Virus record (IMG/VR): IMGVR_UViG_3300023184_002233
Direction: 5' to 3' (one strand)
Source: an uncultured virus (IMG/VR IMGVR_UViG_3300023184_002233)
Taxonomy: Duplodnaviria > Heunggongvirae > Uroviricota > Caudoviricetes
DNA length: 64,000 bases
Made by a program: the position numbers and the translations under genes. The notes below the pieces were generated by a model. That model saw only the letters and a list, made by a program, of their open reading frames with translations. It did not search any database and had not been told where the DNA came from. Below are positions 32,369-41,829 of the stretch, in pieces (position 1 is the stretch's first letter; every line of letters begins with the position of its first letter).

Positions 32369-33304
32369 ATGACTTACGCACAATACGGAACAATCGCAGC
32401 ATCAGATTATAACACCTTGGTAGGTGGAGATCCGGTCACAAGTTCTGGAACTCTAAATGCAGTCTGGGCAACAGGCGGAACCAACACTGGGTATGGTCAA
32501 ACAGCAGAAGCAAATGTGGCAGTGGGTGATTCAGTTACCGCTACGAAATGGGCCAATCTTGTAAATAAAACTGCAAACTCCGCATCGCATCAAGGAACAT
32601 CAATTAGTTCAGTTACTGCACCTGCAGCGGGCGGCACAGTTACTTACTTGTCTGCAATACCAACCAACTTAACTACAATTTATACTAGTAGATTAAATGC
32701 AGCAAGTCAAGGTAGCACAACCGCTAATACTGCAACTTATGCTAGTACCTGGTCATCAGCACTTACCTTTACTCATACTATAACTTTTGCCAATGCAAAC
32801 GCTGCTAGATATTTCTTCAATGCAGGTGGACAACTAAAAGTTACTTGCTCACACGCAAATACAGCAACTTCTATCAATACATTATATAACGGACTAGCAT
32901 CTAATATTGGTACAGTTGTATTAAGTTCACCCGTTACTGGCTCAATAACTGTGAATAGTGTATCATTCAACGGTATCACTAAAGTTGGGGGCGGTGGAAA
33001 CTCTCCTACTATTAGTACTAATACAGGTTATTATGCACTGACTACTAGTAATGCTAATGTATTCACTCAATTAGCATCAACTGGCCCATCAGGATACTTA
33101 AGTTCATTTATTCGTGTAATCGCTGTAAGTAATGGATCCCCGGGCGCCACAGTTACTATCTATACAGTTTGGGATGAAGTTCCTGATGGATTAACAGTTG
33201 GAACAGGTTCTGCTACCACAGTAACTGCACAAGCACCCGAAACAACATATTTAGCTAATAGTTGGGGTACTATCTCTGTAACCGGATCAGTTACAGGTTC
33301 ATAA
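32369..33304 (+). CDS. Thr/Ser-rich virion structural protein
   Basis: 311 aa; F.NANAARYFFNAGG motif; very high T/S/G/A content; AAGGA RBS. Confidence 0.55.
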   Translation: MTYAQYGTIAASDYNTLVGGDPVTSSGTLNAVWATGGTNTGYGQTAEANVAVGDSVTATKWANLVNKTANSASHQGTSISSVTAPAAGGTVTYLSAIPTNLTTIYTSRLNAASQGSTTANTATYASTWSSALTFTHTITFANANAARYFFNAGGQLKVTCSHANTATSINTLYNGLASNIGTVVLSSPVTGSITVNSVSFNGITKVGGGGNSPTISTNTGYYALTTSNANVFTQLASTGPSGYLSSFIRVIAVSNGSPGATVTIYTVWDEVPDGLTVGTGSATTVTAQAPETTYLANSWGTISVTGSVTGS

Positions 33305-33316
33305 TTTTTCACATCA

Positions 33317-33364
33317 TCTTTGTATCCATCTAAATACTCATAGGAGTACTCATGGATACAAAGA
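33317..33364 (+). promoter_or_regulatory. Nested hairpin enclosing a late box (CTAAATA 33330-33336), the SD and the ATG of the first glyco-island gene
   Basis: Perfect 13-bp inverted repeat TCTTTGTATCCAT (33317-33329)/ATGGATACAAAGA (33352-33364); inner TACTC/GAGTA stem over the GGAG SD. Confidence 0.7.
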
Positions 33365-33657
33365 CATTAATCACTGAAGCTAAAGCCCGCTTCAATCATA
33401 ACTCAGCCAAAGCCTATCTAAAAGACAAATACGACAGTAAATTTATTGTTGCTGATCAAAATGGACTTTGGCGCGCCAATCTAGAAACCATTAACTTCTT
33501 AAATTCTTCTACTGAAGAATGGGTAATACTAATAGACACCTTTGATAATCCAGTTAAAGTAAAACGAGTTGATTTACTTTTTAAACTTTCCGATACTTAC
33601 AAAAATGTGATGGAAGAATGGTATAAAGAATGGGCTGAATTAGAGAAGAAAAGATGA
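33352..33657 (+). CDS. Hypothetical protein, first gene of glyco-modification operon
   Basis: 101 aa; AGGAG RBS; ATGA overlap with next gene. Confidence 0.7.
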   Translation: MDTKTLITEAKARFNHNSAKAYLKDKYDSKFIVADQNGLWRANLETINFLNSSTEEWVILIDTFDNPVKVKRVDLLFKLSDTYKNVMEEWYKEWAELEKKR

Positions 33658-34460
33658 GTAGAGGCGTACTACTTTTTGCATTCAATAGCCCAAAATATAA
33701 TTACTATGACATGGCAGTAGCAACTGCTAAACGAGTAAATCACTTTTTGGATCTACCTGTAACATTAGTTACAGATAATGATTCATTGCCTGAACAACAA
33801 ACATATACATTTGATAAGGTTATTATAGCTGATGCTGATAAAACCAATAAAAGAGATTGGGGAGTATGGTTCAACAAGGGAAGATATCGTGCGTATGCAT
33901 TAAGCCCATATAATGAAACTATCTTACTAGATACAGATTACATGGTCAACTCAAACAAACTACTAAAAACATTTGATTTGCTCACTGATTTCTGTTGCCA
34001 TGATACTACTAGTTTTATCATGTATCCAAACGCCGAACAAGAACTATTGAGTGGCCGTAGCTTTAAAACATTGTGGGCAACTGTAATTATGTTTAAGAAA
34101 ACAAAAAGAGTAGAACAAATATTCAATTGCTTAGAAATGGTTCAAAAGAACTTTGAACATTACTCAAATATACACGGGTTCATATCATCTACCTTTCGTA
34201 ACGACTATGGACTAACATTAGCAACACGAATAGTTAATGGACATCTTACTACTAAAGAAGATGTAATCCCATGGAACTTATTACATGTGGGAAAAAACAC
34301 AGTAGTGTACAGAAACAATGATGATGAATTTAATAATGAATATACAGTAATGTTTGATAATTGGAACCGCGGAAAGATTCGTAAAGAATATATCACTATC
34401 AAAGATACTGATTTTCATGTTATGAACAAAGAAAACTTTATGGAGCTAATCAGTGAATAA
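33654..34460 (+). CDS. Glycosyltransferase, GT-A fold (GT8/mannosyltransferase-like)
   Basis: RG(V/L)LLFA start; LSPY.ETILLDTD (DxD) motif; LWATVIMFKK; FRND. Confidence 0.7.
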   Translation: MSRGVLLFAFNSPKYNYYDMAVATAKRVNHFLDLPVTLVTDNDSLPEQQTYTFDKVIIADADKTNKRDWGVWFNKGRYRAYALSPYNETILLDTDYMVNSNKLLKTFDLLTDFCCHDTTSFIMYPNAEQELLSGRSFKTLWATVIMFKKTKRVEQIFNCLEMVQKNFEHYSNIHGFISSTFRNDYGLTLATRIVNGHLTTKEDVIPWNLLHVGKNTVVYRNNDDEFNNEYTVMFDNWNRGKIRKEYITIKDTDFHVMNKENFMELISE

Positions 34461-35193
34461 AGGTTTTGTAATAATGGCTCAGGACACTGAGACTACAAGC
34501 TATACTAAGTGTGCTGAAACATTAAAGAAAAGCATATTAAGAGTAATGCCAGATGCTAACGTAACTATCATTACAACTGATATGTTGCCGCACGGTGATC
34601 TAGGTGGCTTTGCAAATGATTGGCAAGTATATGAAGCTAGTCCTTATGATTATACAATCAAATTAGAAGCTGATATGTATATTCCACGCAATATAGACCA
34701 TTGGTGGGATGTATTTAAAAACAGAGATGTTGTAGTTTCCAGTACAATTAGAAATTTCATGCAGGAAATATCCGATGTAAGGGTGTATCGCAGATTCATA
34801 GATGATAACAACTTACCAGACGTATATAATGCAATTACATACTTTAAGAAATCTGATGTTGCTAATCAATTCTTTAGTATAGTTAAAGACATATTTGAAA
34901 ACTGGGATGAATACAAGAGGATATTGAAATGCAACCAAACAGAATTAGTTACTACAGACTGGGTTTATTCTATTGCTTGTCATATAATGGGAGTAGAAAA
35001 AACTACAATGCCTGCGTTTACTGAGATGAGTATGGTGCATATGAAAGCATTTGTTAATAATAATGTGACTGAAAACTGGACTGATACTTTTGTATATGAA
35101 TGCTTGCCCGATCAGATTAGAGTACAGACAGTTCCGCAGCAGTATCCATTTCACTATCATGTGAAGAATTTTTGTGATAAGATAGTACTATGA
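34453..35193 (+). CDS. Glycosyltransferase-like paralogue of preceding gene (EAD in place of DxD)
   Basis: GTG start; KGFVIMA; ASPYDYTIKLEADM; YNAITYFKKS; HYH. Confidence 0.65.
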   Translation: MNKGFVIMAQDTETTSYTKCAETLKKSILRVMPDANVTIITTDMLPHGDLGGFANDWQVYEASPYDYTIKLEADMYIPRNIDHWWDVFKNRDVVVSSTIRNFMQEISDVRVYRRFIDDNNLPDVYNAITYFKKSDVANQFFSIVKDIFENWDEYKRILKCNQTELVTTDWVYSIACHIMGVEKTTMPAFTEMSMVHMKAFVNNNVTENWTDTFVYECLPDQIRVQTVPQQYPFHYHVKNFCDKIVL

Positions 35194-35525
35194 CCGAAGA
35201 AGATTATGTTATTATTTGGGAAGCACCTAAATTAATACCGCCGGAGTATAGGTTATATTACGATGACAAGGGTAAAGTAATTTGCTATTCAGGGGATAAA
35301 TCTGTAGAGGGCAAGTACATTGTTATTGATGCACAAACTTTTGTTGAAGCAAGACCTGATCTAGTGGTTATAGACGGGAAGATATCCCGTGCTAGACCAA
35401 ACGCTATGGTAAGTAAATTGATGCCTGACGATAGTGAAGGGGTTACTTGTCATCCAGAAGATATGAGTATAATAGTTGACGATGCCAATCACATTAAATG
35501 GAAATTAAATATATATGAACTCTAA
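35190..35525 (+). CDS. Hypothetical protein
   Basis: 111 aa ORF coupled to both neighbours. Confidence 0.65.
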   Translation: MTEEDYVIIWEAPKLIPPEYRLYYDDKGKVICYSGDKSVEGKYIVIDAQTFVEARPDLVVIDGKISRARPNAMVSKLMPDDSEGVTCHPEDMSIIVDDANHIKWKLNIYEL

Positions 35526-36465
35526 TATCGTAGATGTGGCAGACTTAGACTGTATCTATCTAAGTTATGATGAGCCACAAAAAGAAGAATTCTGGCTCAA
35601 GATTAAGAACATGGTACCCTGGGCAAAGCGTGTTGATAGTGTTAAAGGTAGTGATGCTGCACATAAAGCCGCAGCAGAAGCATCAGATACTGAAAGATTT
35701 ATTCTTATTGATGGTGATAATATGCCTGATGAGAAGTTCTTTAATATACAATTAGACTTTACTGATAAAGGATCCGAATTTCAATTTGCACAATATCGTT
35801 GGAAAGCTGTTAATAGTATTAATGGATTACGTTACGGTAATGGCGGTATGAGTAGCTGGACTAAAACGTATGTGCGTGAAATGAAAACACACGAAAACCA
35901 AAAAGACGGAGATATAGCACGTATTGCTGATTTCTGTATGGATGGAAAAGATAATTTATATTGGGCAATGCATGATTGTTATTCTACTACTTATCCTAAT
36001 TATACTCCGTTTCAAGCGTGGCGTGCTGGATTCCGAGAAGGAGTAAAGATGGTTCTTGATAAAGGTGCAAGACCTGATATCAATACCTTTAAGGAAACCG
36101 TCGCTAGTCGCAACTTAAACAACTTAACTATTTGGCACAATGTAGGTGCTGATGTTGAGAATGGAATGTGGGCTATATATGGTGCTAGACTCGGCACCTA
36201 CATGACTATGTTAACTGAGTGGGAACACACTAATGTACAATGGTTTGATAACTATATAACACTTTGGGAAGAACAAGAATATAGAGATCCAGAACGTGAA
36301 GCTACATTGATTGGTGAAGCATTAAGTGATAAATTAGGATTTCCAATGTGTACATTGAGTAGCGAACAAAGCAAATTCTTCAAGCGACACTATAATGCTG
36401 ATAAGTACAACATCGGTCCATTAGTGAGAGAGATGGATGTAATAAGAAAGATTGAAGGTTGGTAA
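35515..36465 (+). CDS. Phage glycosyltransferase-like protein (GT-A fold, DGD motif)
   Basis: D.IYLSYDEP, RVDSVKGSDAAHKAAA, FILIDGDN, NGLRYGNGG, AWRAGFREGVK; similar to the C-terminal domain of the 1819-aa protein. Confidence 0.6.
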   Translation: MNSNIVDVADLDCIYLSYDEPQKEEFWLKIKNMVPWAKRVDSVKGSDAAHKAAAEASDTERFILIDGDNMPDEKFFNIQLDFTDKGSEFQFAQYRWKAVNSINGLRYGNGGMSSWTKTYVREMKTHENQKDGDIARIADFCMDGKDNLYWAMHDCYSTTYPNYTPFQAWRAGFREGVKMVLDKGARPDINTFKETVASRNLNNLTIWHNVGADVENGMWAIYGARLGTYMTMLTEWEHTNVQWFDNYITLWEEQEYRDPEREATLIGEALSDKLGFPMCTLSSEQSKFFKRHYNADKYNIGPLVREMDVIRKIEGW

Positions 36466-38048
36466 TGCAAAAACAAGTTAAAGACATAATATGGTTAACT
36501 GATGTAGGCTCTGATAGAATTCAAAATAACCCGGTAAATATAGAAAAAACAAAAGAATTATTAGACAGCACTGGTCCTGGCTTTTGTTTAGCAAAATTTA
36601 CACAAGTTACTATGCATCTGGGCACTGGAATGACACATGCATGCCATCACCCTAGTCCACATGATATACCAATTGAAGAAATAAAAAATAATCCAGCAGC
36701 ACTTTTTAATACTAAACAATTAAAGCAAGCACGAAAAGAAATGCTTGAAGGTAAAAAGCCATCAGAGTGTGATTACTGTTGGAGAATAGAAAACAACAAT
36801 AGTCCTAGTGATAGATTTTTTAAAAGTTTAGAGCCATGGGCATTAGCAAAGCATGATGAAATACAAGCAAGTGATCCCGATTCAGATTTCTACCCAACAT
36901 ACCTTGAGGTAGATTTTAGCAATGTGTGTAATTTCAAATGTACATACTGTGGACCTGAGTATAGTACAAAATGGGTAGAAGATTTAAAACAACACGGCCC
37001 CATCAAATTATTAGAAAATACTAATCACGTACAGTGGGCACAAGGGTATCAAAAGAACCTAGATGATTTGGCATATAAGAATAGCGAATTCAATCCGTAC
37101 TTAGATGCATTTTGGAAATGGTTTCCTGAAGCATATAAACACTTAAAGGTGTATAGAATTACAGGCGGTGAACCATTACTTACTAAGGAAACATTTAAAA
37201 GTATGGATTGGTTTATTGAGAACCCTAATCCAGAGTTAGAGTTTAATATCAATACTAACTTATGTGCTCCTGAAAAATTATGGGATTTGTTTATTGAAAA
37301 AGCAAAAATTATATCAAGTAATAAATGCGTTAAAAAGTTTACAGTATTTACTAGTGTAGATGGTTGGGGTAAACGTGCAGAATATGCTAGACCTGGATTA
37401 GATTTTGAATTATTAAAAACACGTTATGAACAACTATTGCAGATAGGAAACATACGTGCCACAATCATGTGTACCTTTAATATATTCAGTATATCTAGTA
37501 TAAAAGAATTACTTGAATGGCAAGTTGAATTAAAAAGAAAATATAATAATAATGCTCAAGGTGCTGATTGGGAAGTTGAAATGGGATTTAATTTGAATAA
37601 TACAGGTGACCCCTTTGTAGTAAGACAACTTAAAAACCCAGATCATTATGCAACAGTAGGAATTGACACCCCATATCTGCGTAGCCCTTCATTCTTAGAT
37701 GCTCAATACATTGACCAGGATTTAATACAGAAATATTTGATACCCGCAATGAATTACGTTGCTGAAAATACAGCTACTCATAGTTGGAATAGCCATCAAG
37801 GGTTTGAAGATTATGAGTTAGAAAAATTCAAAAGAATCTGTTTGCAAATTATGGGATATGATAATAATAATCGCAAACACGGAGACAACATTGACACCAA
37901 AGTTAATCGTGCTAAATTCTATGATTTTGTAAATGAGATTGACAGGAGACATGGAACTGATTTCTTAACTACATTTCCTGAAATGAACAAGTTTTATAAA
38001 TTATGCGAAACTATGAATGAAGAAACACGAGGTGGTAAAAATGGCTGA
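36465..38048 (+). CDS. Radical SAM protein with N-terminal twitch-like Cys cluster
   Basis: CLAKF...ACHH...ECDYCW; CNFKCTYC (CxxxCxxC); ITGGEP; ATG overlaps previous TAA. Confidence 0.85.
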   Translation: MQKQVKDIIWLTDVGSDRIQNNPVNIEKTKELLDSTGPGFCLAKFTQVTMHLGTGMTHACHHPSPHDIPIEEIKNNPAALFNTKQLKQARKEMLEGKKPSECDYCWRIENNNSPSDRFFKSLEPWALAKHDEIQASDPDSDFYPTYLEVDFSNVCNFKCTYCGPEYSTKWVEDLKQHGPIKLLENTNHVQWAQGYQKNLDDLAYKNSEFNPYLDAFWKWFPEAYKHLKVYRITGGEPLLTKETFKSMDWFIENPNPELEFNINTNLCAPEKLWDLFIEKAKIISSNKCVKKFTVFTSVDGWGKRAEYARPGLDFELLKTRYEQLLQIGNIRATIMCTFNIFSISSIKELLEWQVELKRKYNNNAQGADWEVEMGFNLNNTGDPFVVRQLKNPDHYATVGIDTPYLRSPSFLDAQYIDQDLIQKYLIPAMNYVAENTATHSWNSHQGFEDYELEKFKRICLQIMGYDNNNRKHGDNIDTKVNRAKFYDFVNEIDRRHGTDFLTTFPEMNKFYKLCETMNEETRGGKNG

Positions 38049-39474
38049 ACATCTAATTCGTTGGAGAGATGAACAACTTAATACTATAAGTGATAGTTTT
38101 TGTGCTGCTAAATGGTACAATGCTAGCATATATTTAGGATTTGGATATACGGGTTCTTGCCACCATCCCTTGCCACATCCCATAGATAAAGAAGAAATAC
38201 TTATAAATCCCAAAGCTATTCATAATAGCAAACATAAAAAAGAAATTAGAAAGATGATGTTAGAAGGTGTTAAGCCTGCCGAGTGCGCCTATTGCTGGAA
38301 AGTAGAAGATATAGCCAGAAACAATATAAGCGACCGTGTCTATAAAAGCATAATTTATAACAACAATGACATAAAAGCACTAAAAGATATTCCATGGGAT
38401 CAAGATGTTGAACTCAAAACACTAGAGATAAGTTTTGACCGTCAATGTAATTTTGCATGTAGCTATTGCAATGCAGGATATAGTACTACGTGGTCACAAG
38501 ATTTGAAAACAAACGGAGCATATCAAAACTTTATTGCGCCCGGTGGAGGCGGAGGCGCATATCAAACAGACGGAAGTTGGGCAGAAGCCAATGGTAAACA
38601 TTTAGATGATAACCCATATACTGACGCTTTCTTTAAATGGTGGCCTGAATTATCAAAAAGTTTAGACGAGATACGAATTACTGGAGGTGAAGCTACAGTA
38701 AGTCAGAACTTTTGGAGATTTGTTGAAATTATGCATCAATCAGAATCACCAAATATGAGATTTGCAGTTAATTCAAATTTAGGAATGAGTGATAAAGCAT
38801 TAGAAAAATTAATAAAAATTACTCATACATTGCCCGTTAAAGAATTTGATTTGTTTACTAGTAACGAAAGTTATGGAACACATGCTGAATATGTTCGTGA
38901 TGGCTTGAACTACAAGCAATGGCGAAGTAATATGGTTACATTTATGGAGAATGCTAAGTTTAGGTCATTAACTATGATGATGACTATTAACAATTTAACG
39001 TTGTTTAGTTTAACTGACTTTATTGAAGATATGATTGAGTTAAAAGGTAAATACGGGAAATATAGACCTTTATTAGATTTGAACATATTACGCTGGCCTA
39101 ACTATATGAGTGTATTAGCACTACCTGACGATATTAAAAATGAATGCCATGCTCAACTTAAAACTTGGTTTAGTAATGAGCAAATAAATAAATTTTTAGA
39201 ACCTAGTGAAAAAGCAAGTATTCAAAGATTAATAGATTATATTGAAGTAGTGGATAAAGCACATGTAAATACCACTGATGATAAGACATTATTATTCCAT
39301 GATTTTAAAAGTTTCTACACTCAATATGACAAGCGTAGAGGTAAAAACTTTATTGATACTTTCCCTATGCTAGCTGATTGGTATAATAGCATAGAGTTGA
39401 ATACACAATTTGAAATTAAACCATTAAATCAAACCGGGATAACACAATACGAAATTGGAGTATATAAAAAATGA
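38041..39474 (+). CDS. Second radical SAM protein with N-terminal twitch-like Cys cluster
   Basis: CAAKW...SCHH...ECAYCW; CNFACSYC; ITGGE; ATG 38041 preceded by GAGGTGG (ORF track starts at 38017). Confidence 0.85.
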   Translation: MAEHLIRWRDEQLNTISDSFCAAKWYNASIYLGFGYTGSCHHPLPHPIDKEEILINPKAIHNSKHKKEIRKMMLEGVKPAECAYCWKVEDIARNNISDRVYKSIIYNNNDIKALKDIPWDQDVELKTLEISFDRQCNFACSYCNAGYSTTWSQDLKTNGAYQNFIAPGGGGGAYQTDGSWAEANGKHLDDNPYTDAFFKWWPELSKSLDEIRITGGEATVSQNFWRFVEIMHQSESPNMRFAVNSNLGMSDKALEKLIKITHTLPVKEFDLFTSNESYGTHAEYVRDGLNYKQWRSNMVTFMENAKFRSLTMMMTINNLTLFSLTDFIEDMIELKGKYGKYRPLLDLNILRWPNYMSVLALPDDIKNECHAQLKTWFSNEQINKFLEPSEKASIQRLIDYIEVVDKAHVNTTDDKTLLFHDFKSFYTQYDKRRGKNFIDTFPMLADWYNSIELNTQFEIKPLNQTGITQYEIGVYKK

Positions 39475-40139
39475 TAGAGAAAGTTGTAGGGTACGGGTGT
39501 AGTTTTATGCAAGGCGATAGTGTTGATCCTGACTTAGTTTGGGGTTCTATACTAGCAAAAAAATTAAACGTACCTCTTCGCAATAGAGGACAAAATGCAG
39601 GATCAAACAAGTTAGCAATGAATTATTTGTTTGAAGATGTTTGTTTAAGCGCAGATAGTTATAGTAACACGTTAGTATTATTTTCATGGACCGGAATCCA
39701 ACGAACTACATTTTGGTCAGACATGGAAGCATATGAAAAATGGATCCCAGTATTGCCCGGACATACGTCACAGGATAAAGTAACAGCCAATATAAATTCA
39801 GCATATTATGCTGAGTTATATACAGATTATGAGGCATTGCATACATCCTATATTCAAAAACTTTCAGTACAATCTTTCTTAAAAGCAAAAAATATTCCAT
39901 ATCTATTTGTAAATGCGTTTAAAGAAGATTTCATTCTTTATAATGATAATACTATGGAAACATTTACTAAACAAATAGATATGGACAAATTTTTGTTTGG
40001 GCATGACGAGTCAATATATCAAAAAATATGTTTAGATTTGAACATGGTCTCGGAAGATAAGTTTCATCCTAGTGTAGAAGGACATCATTATCTTGCTAAT
40101 CTTGCTTACGATTTTTTAATAGATAAAAAAATTATATGA
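39471..40139 (+). CDS. SGNH/GDSL-like hydrolase or acyltransferase
   Basis: N-terminal GCSF, N.G..AGSN, C-terminal DKFHPS.EGH. Confidence 0.6.
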   Translation: MIEKVVGYGCSFMQGDSVDPDLVWGSILAKKLNVPLRNRGQNAGSNKLAMNYLFEDVCLSADSYSNTLVLFSWTGIQRTTFWSDMEAYEKWIPVLPGHTSQDKVTANINSAYYAELYTDYEALHTSYIQKLSVQSFLKAKNIPYLFVNAFKEDFILYNDNTMETFTKQIDMDKFLFGHDESIYQKICLDLNMVSEDKFHPSVEGHHYLANLAYDFLIDKKII

Positions 40140-40951
40140 AAAGATTATTTGTTTTTGGATGTAGTCTTACCCGCTATGCATATGCTACTTGGGCAGATTT
40201 AGTCGGCGCTAATTTTGATGAGTATTATAATTATGCTAAACCCGGCGGCTCTAATTCACTGATTATGAGTAGGTTAGTAGAAGCAAATAATCAGTTCAGT
40301 TTTAATAAAGATACGGATACAGTTTTGATAATGATGACTGGTATAGGAAGATATAGTTACTATTTACAAGATGGAGGTTGGATTACTAAAGGAGATATGT
40401 ATTCTTATGTAAAAAATTCCAAAGATGAACCTATGGAATCTTTTTTAAAAAATATGCATAGTGATAAGGGAGATGTATATAATTCTTGGATATCTATGAA
40501 AATAATTAAAGATTTGTTAGTCACAAAAAATATACCACATAAAATATTATTAGGCATAAGTTATAATGACTATCTTGTGCAAAATGAATACAATGATGAA
40601 GAATCAATACGTAAAATTATGGATATACAAAACATGATAGATGAAAATACTCCATTAAATGATTGGTTTGGAAAAAAAGAAAATCATGGTGATGAACCAA
40701 ACACTCCTTATTATACAGAATCTAACAAACCGGATGGTCACCCCAATCAAAGAATGCACTATGAATTTTTAAAGAATTTTTTACCAGAATATAATACTGA
40801 TAAAACAAAAGAACTTTATAACTATGTAGAAAGTATTTTTGATGGTAGAAATCAGCATAAACAAGAATTAACGTATAGAAACAAATTTTATCGCAAATAT
40901 AATCTAGCACTAACAAATCCTTTATTTGGTCAGGAACAAGAAACATGGTAA
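40136..40951 (+). CDS. SGNH/GDSL-like protein
   Basis: FGCSLT...TWAD, NYA.PGGSN, DGHP...H. Confidence 0.6.
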   Translation: MKRLFVFGCSLTRYAYATWADLVGANFDEYYNYAKPGGSNSLIMSRLVEANNQFSFNKDTDTVLIMMTGIGRYSYYLQDGGWITKGDMYSYVKNSKDEPMESFLKNMHSDKGDVYNSWISMKIIKDLLVTKNIPHKILLGISYNDYLVQNEYNDEESIRKIMDIQNMIDENTPLNDWFGKKENHGDEPNTPYYTESNKPDGHPNQRMHYEFLKNFLPEYNTDKTKELYNYVESIFDGRNQHKQELTYRNKFYRKYNLALTNPLFGQEQETW

Positions 40952-41829
40952 AACATTTAATAACAGGTGGGTGTAGTTTTAGTGCTGGCGGAGAATACAC
41001 AGGATGGACCGGTGCATTGTCTAGTCATATGAAAACAATAAACCCTAAAGTAACATGTAACCATACTGGATATCAAAGTCAAGGGCAAGAAATGATACAA
41101 AAAAAAGTCATGCTTGCTCTTACTGAAGCCTTTGCACATGGGTATAAACCTGAAGATATTTTGGTTGTTGTAATGTGGAGCGGCACTTGTAGAAAAGCGT
41201 GGTATATTGATAACCATTATATAATAAATGAAATTATTAATTATTTACCTAAATTTGTCGGTGGCATGTCTAAGCAATTTTTAGATATGAAGGATAAAGT
41301 TGTTGGAACCCCTAAATATTTTTCTACGGCACTATCAGATGGGTTTGAATATAATCCTGACGGTGGATGGTTTTTTACTGTCAACGGTTCTGAATGTCAA
41401 ATAGAATTTGTACAACAACATTATTTACTGGATAAGGAATTAAATGGAACAGGAAAAGTTCATACTAGTCTAGAGAATATTATAATGTTACAAAATTTTT
41501 GTGATTTACATAAAGTAACCATGATACAACAATTCTTTATGGACAGTGTTTATGAAGATATAGAAAATAAAAAAGATCATCAAATTATTAATTATCTATA
41601 CAATCAATTAAATATTAATAATATGATTAAAATGGGTATGTTTGAATATTTGCATAAATTTTTAAATAGTGACAAAGACCCCCAAATACTATCACACTCA
41701 GAAAGAAAAAAACTCAGCGGTGACAGGGGTATATTTGATAAAGATGGATTTCATCCCGGGGCTGCAGGACATCAAATGTGGGTTGACAATATTATTGTGC
41801 CCTTTTTAAAAGATAAAAATATAATATGA
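40945..41829 (+). CDS. SGNH/GDSL-like protein
   Basis: GGCSFS, VVMWSG..R, DGFHPG.AGH. Confidence 0.6.
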   Translation: MVKHLITGGCSFSAGGEYTGWTGALSSHMKTINPKVTCNHTGYQSQGQEMIQKKVMLALTEAFAHGYKPEDILVVVMWSGTCRKAWYIDNHYIINEIINYLPKFVGGMSKQFLDMKDKVVGTPKYFSTALSDGFEYNPDGGWFFTVNGSECQIEFVQQHYLLDKELNGTGKVHTSLENIIMLQNFCDLHKVTMIQQFFMDSVYEDIENKKDHQIINYLYNQLNINNMIKMGMFEYLHKFLNSDKDPQILSHSERKKLSGDRGIFDKDGFHPGAAGHQMWVDNIIVPFLKDKNII

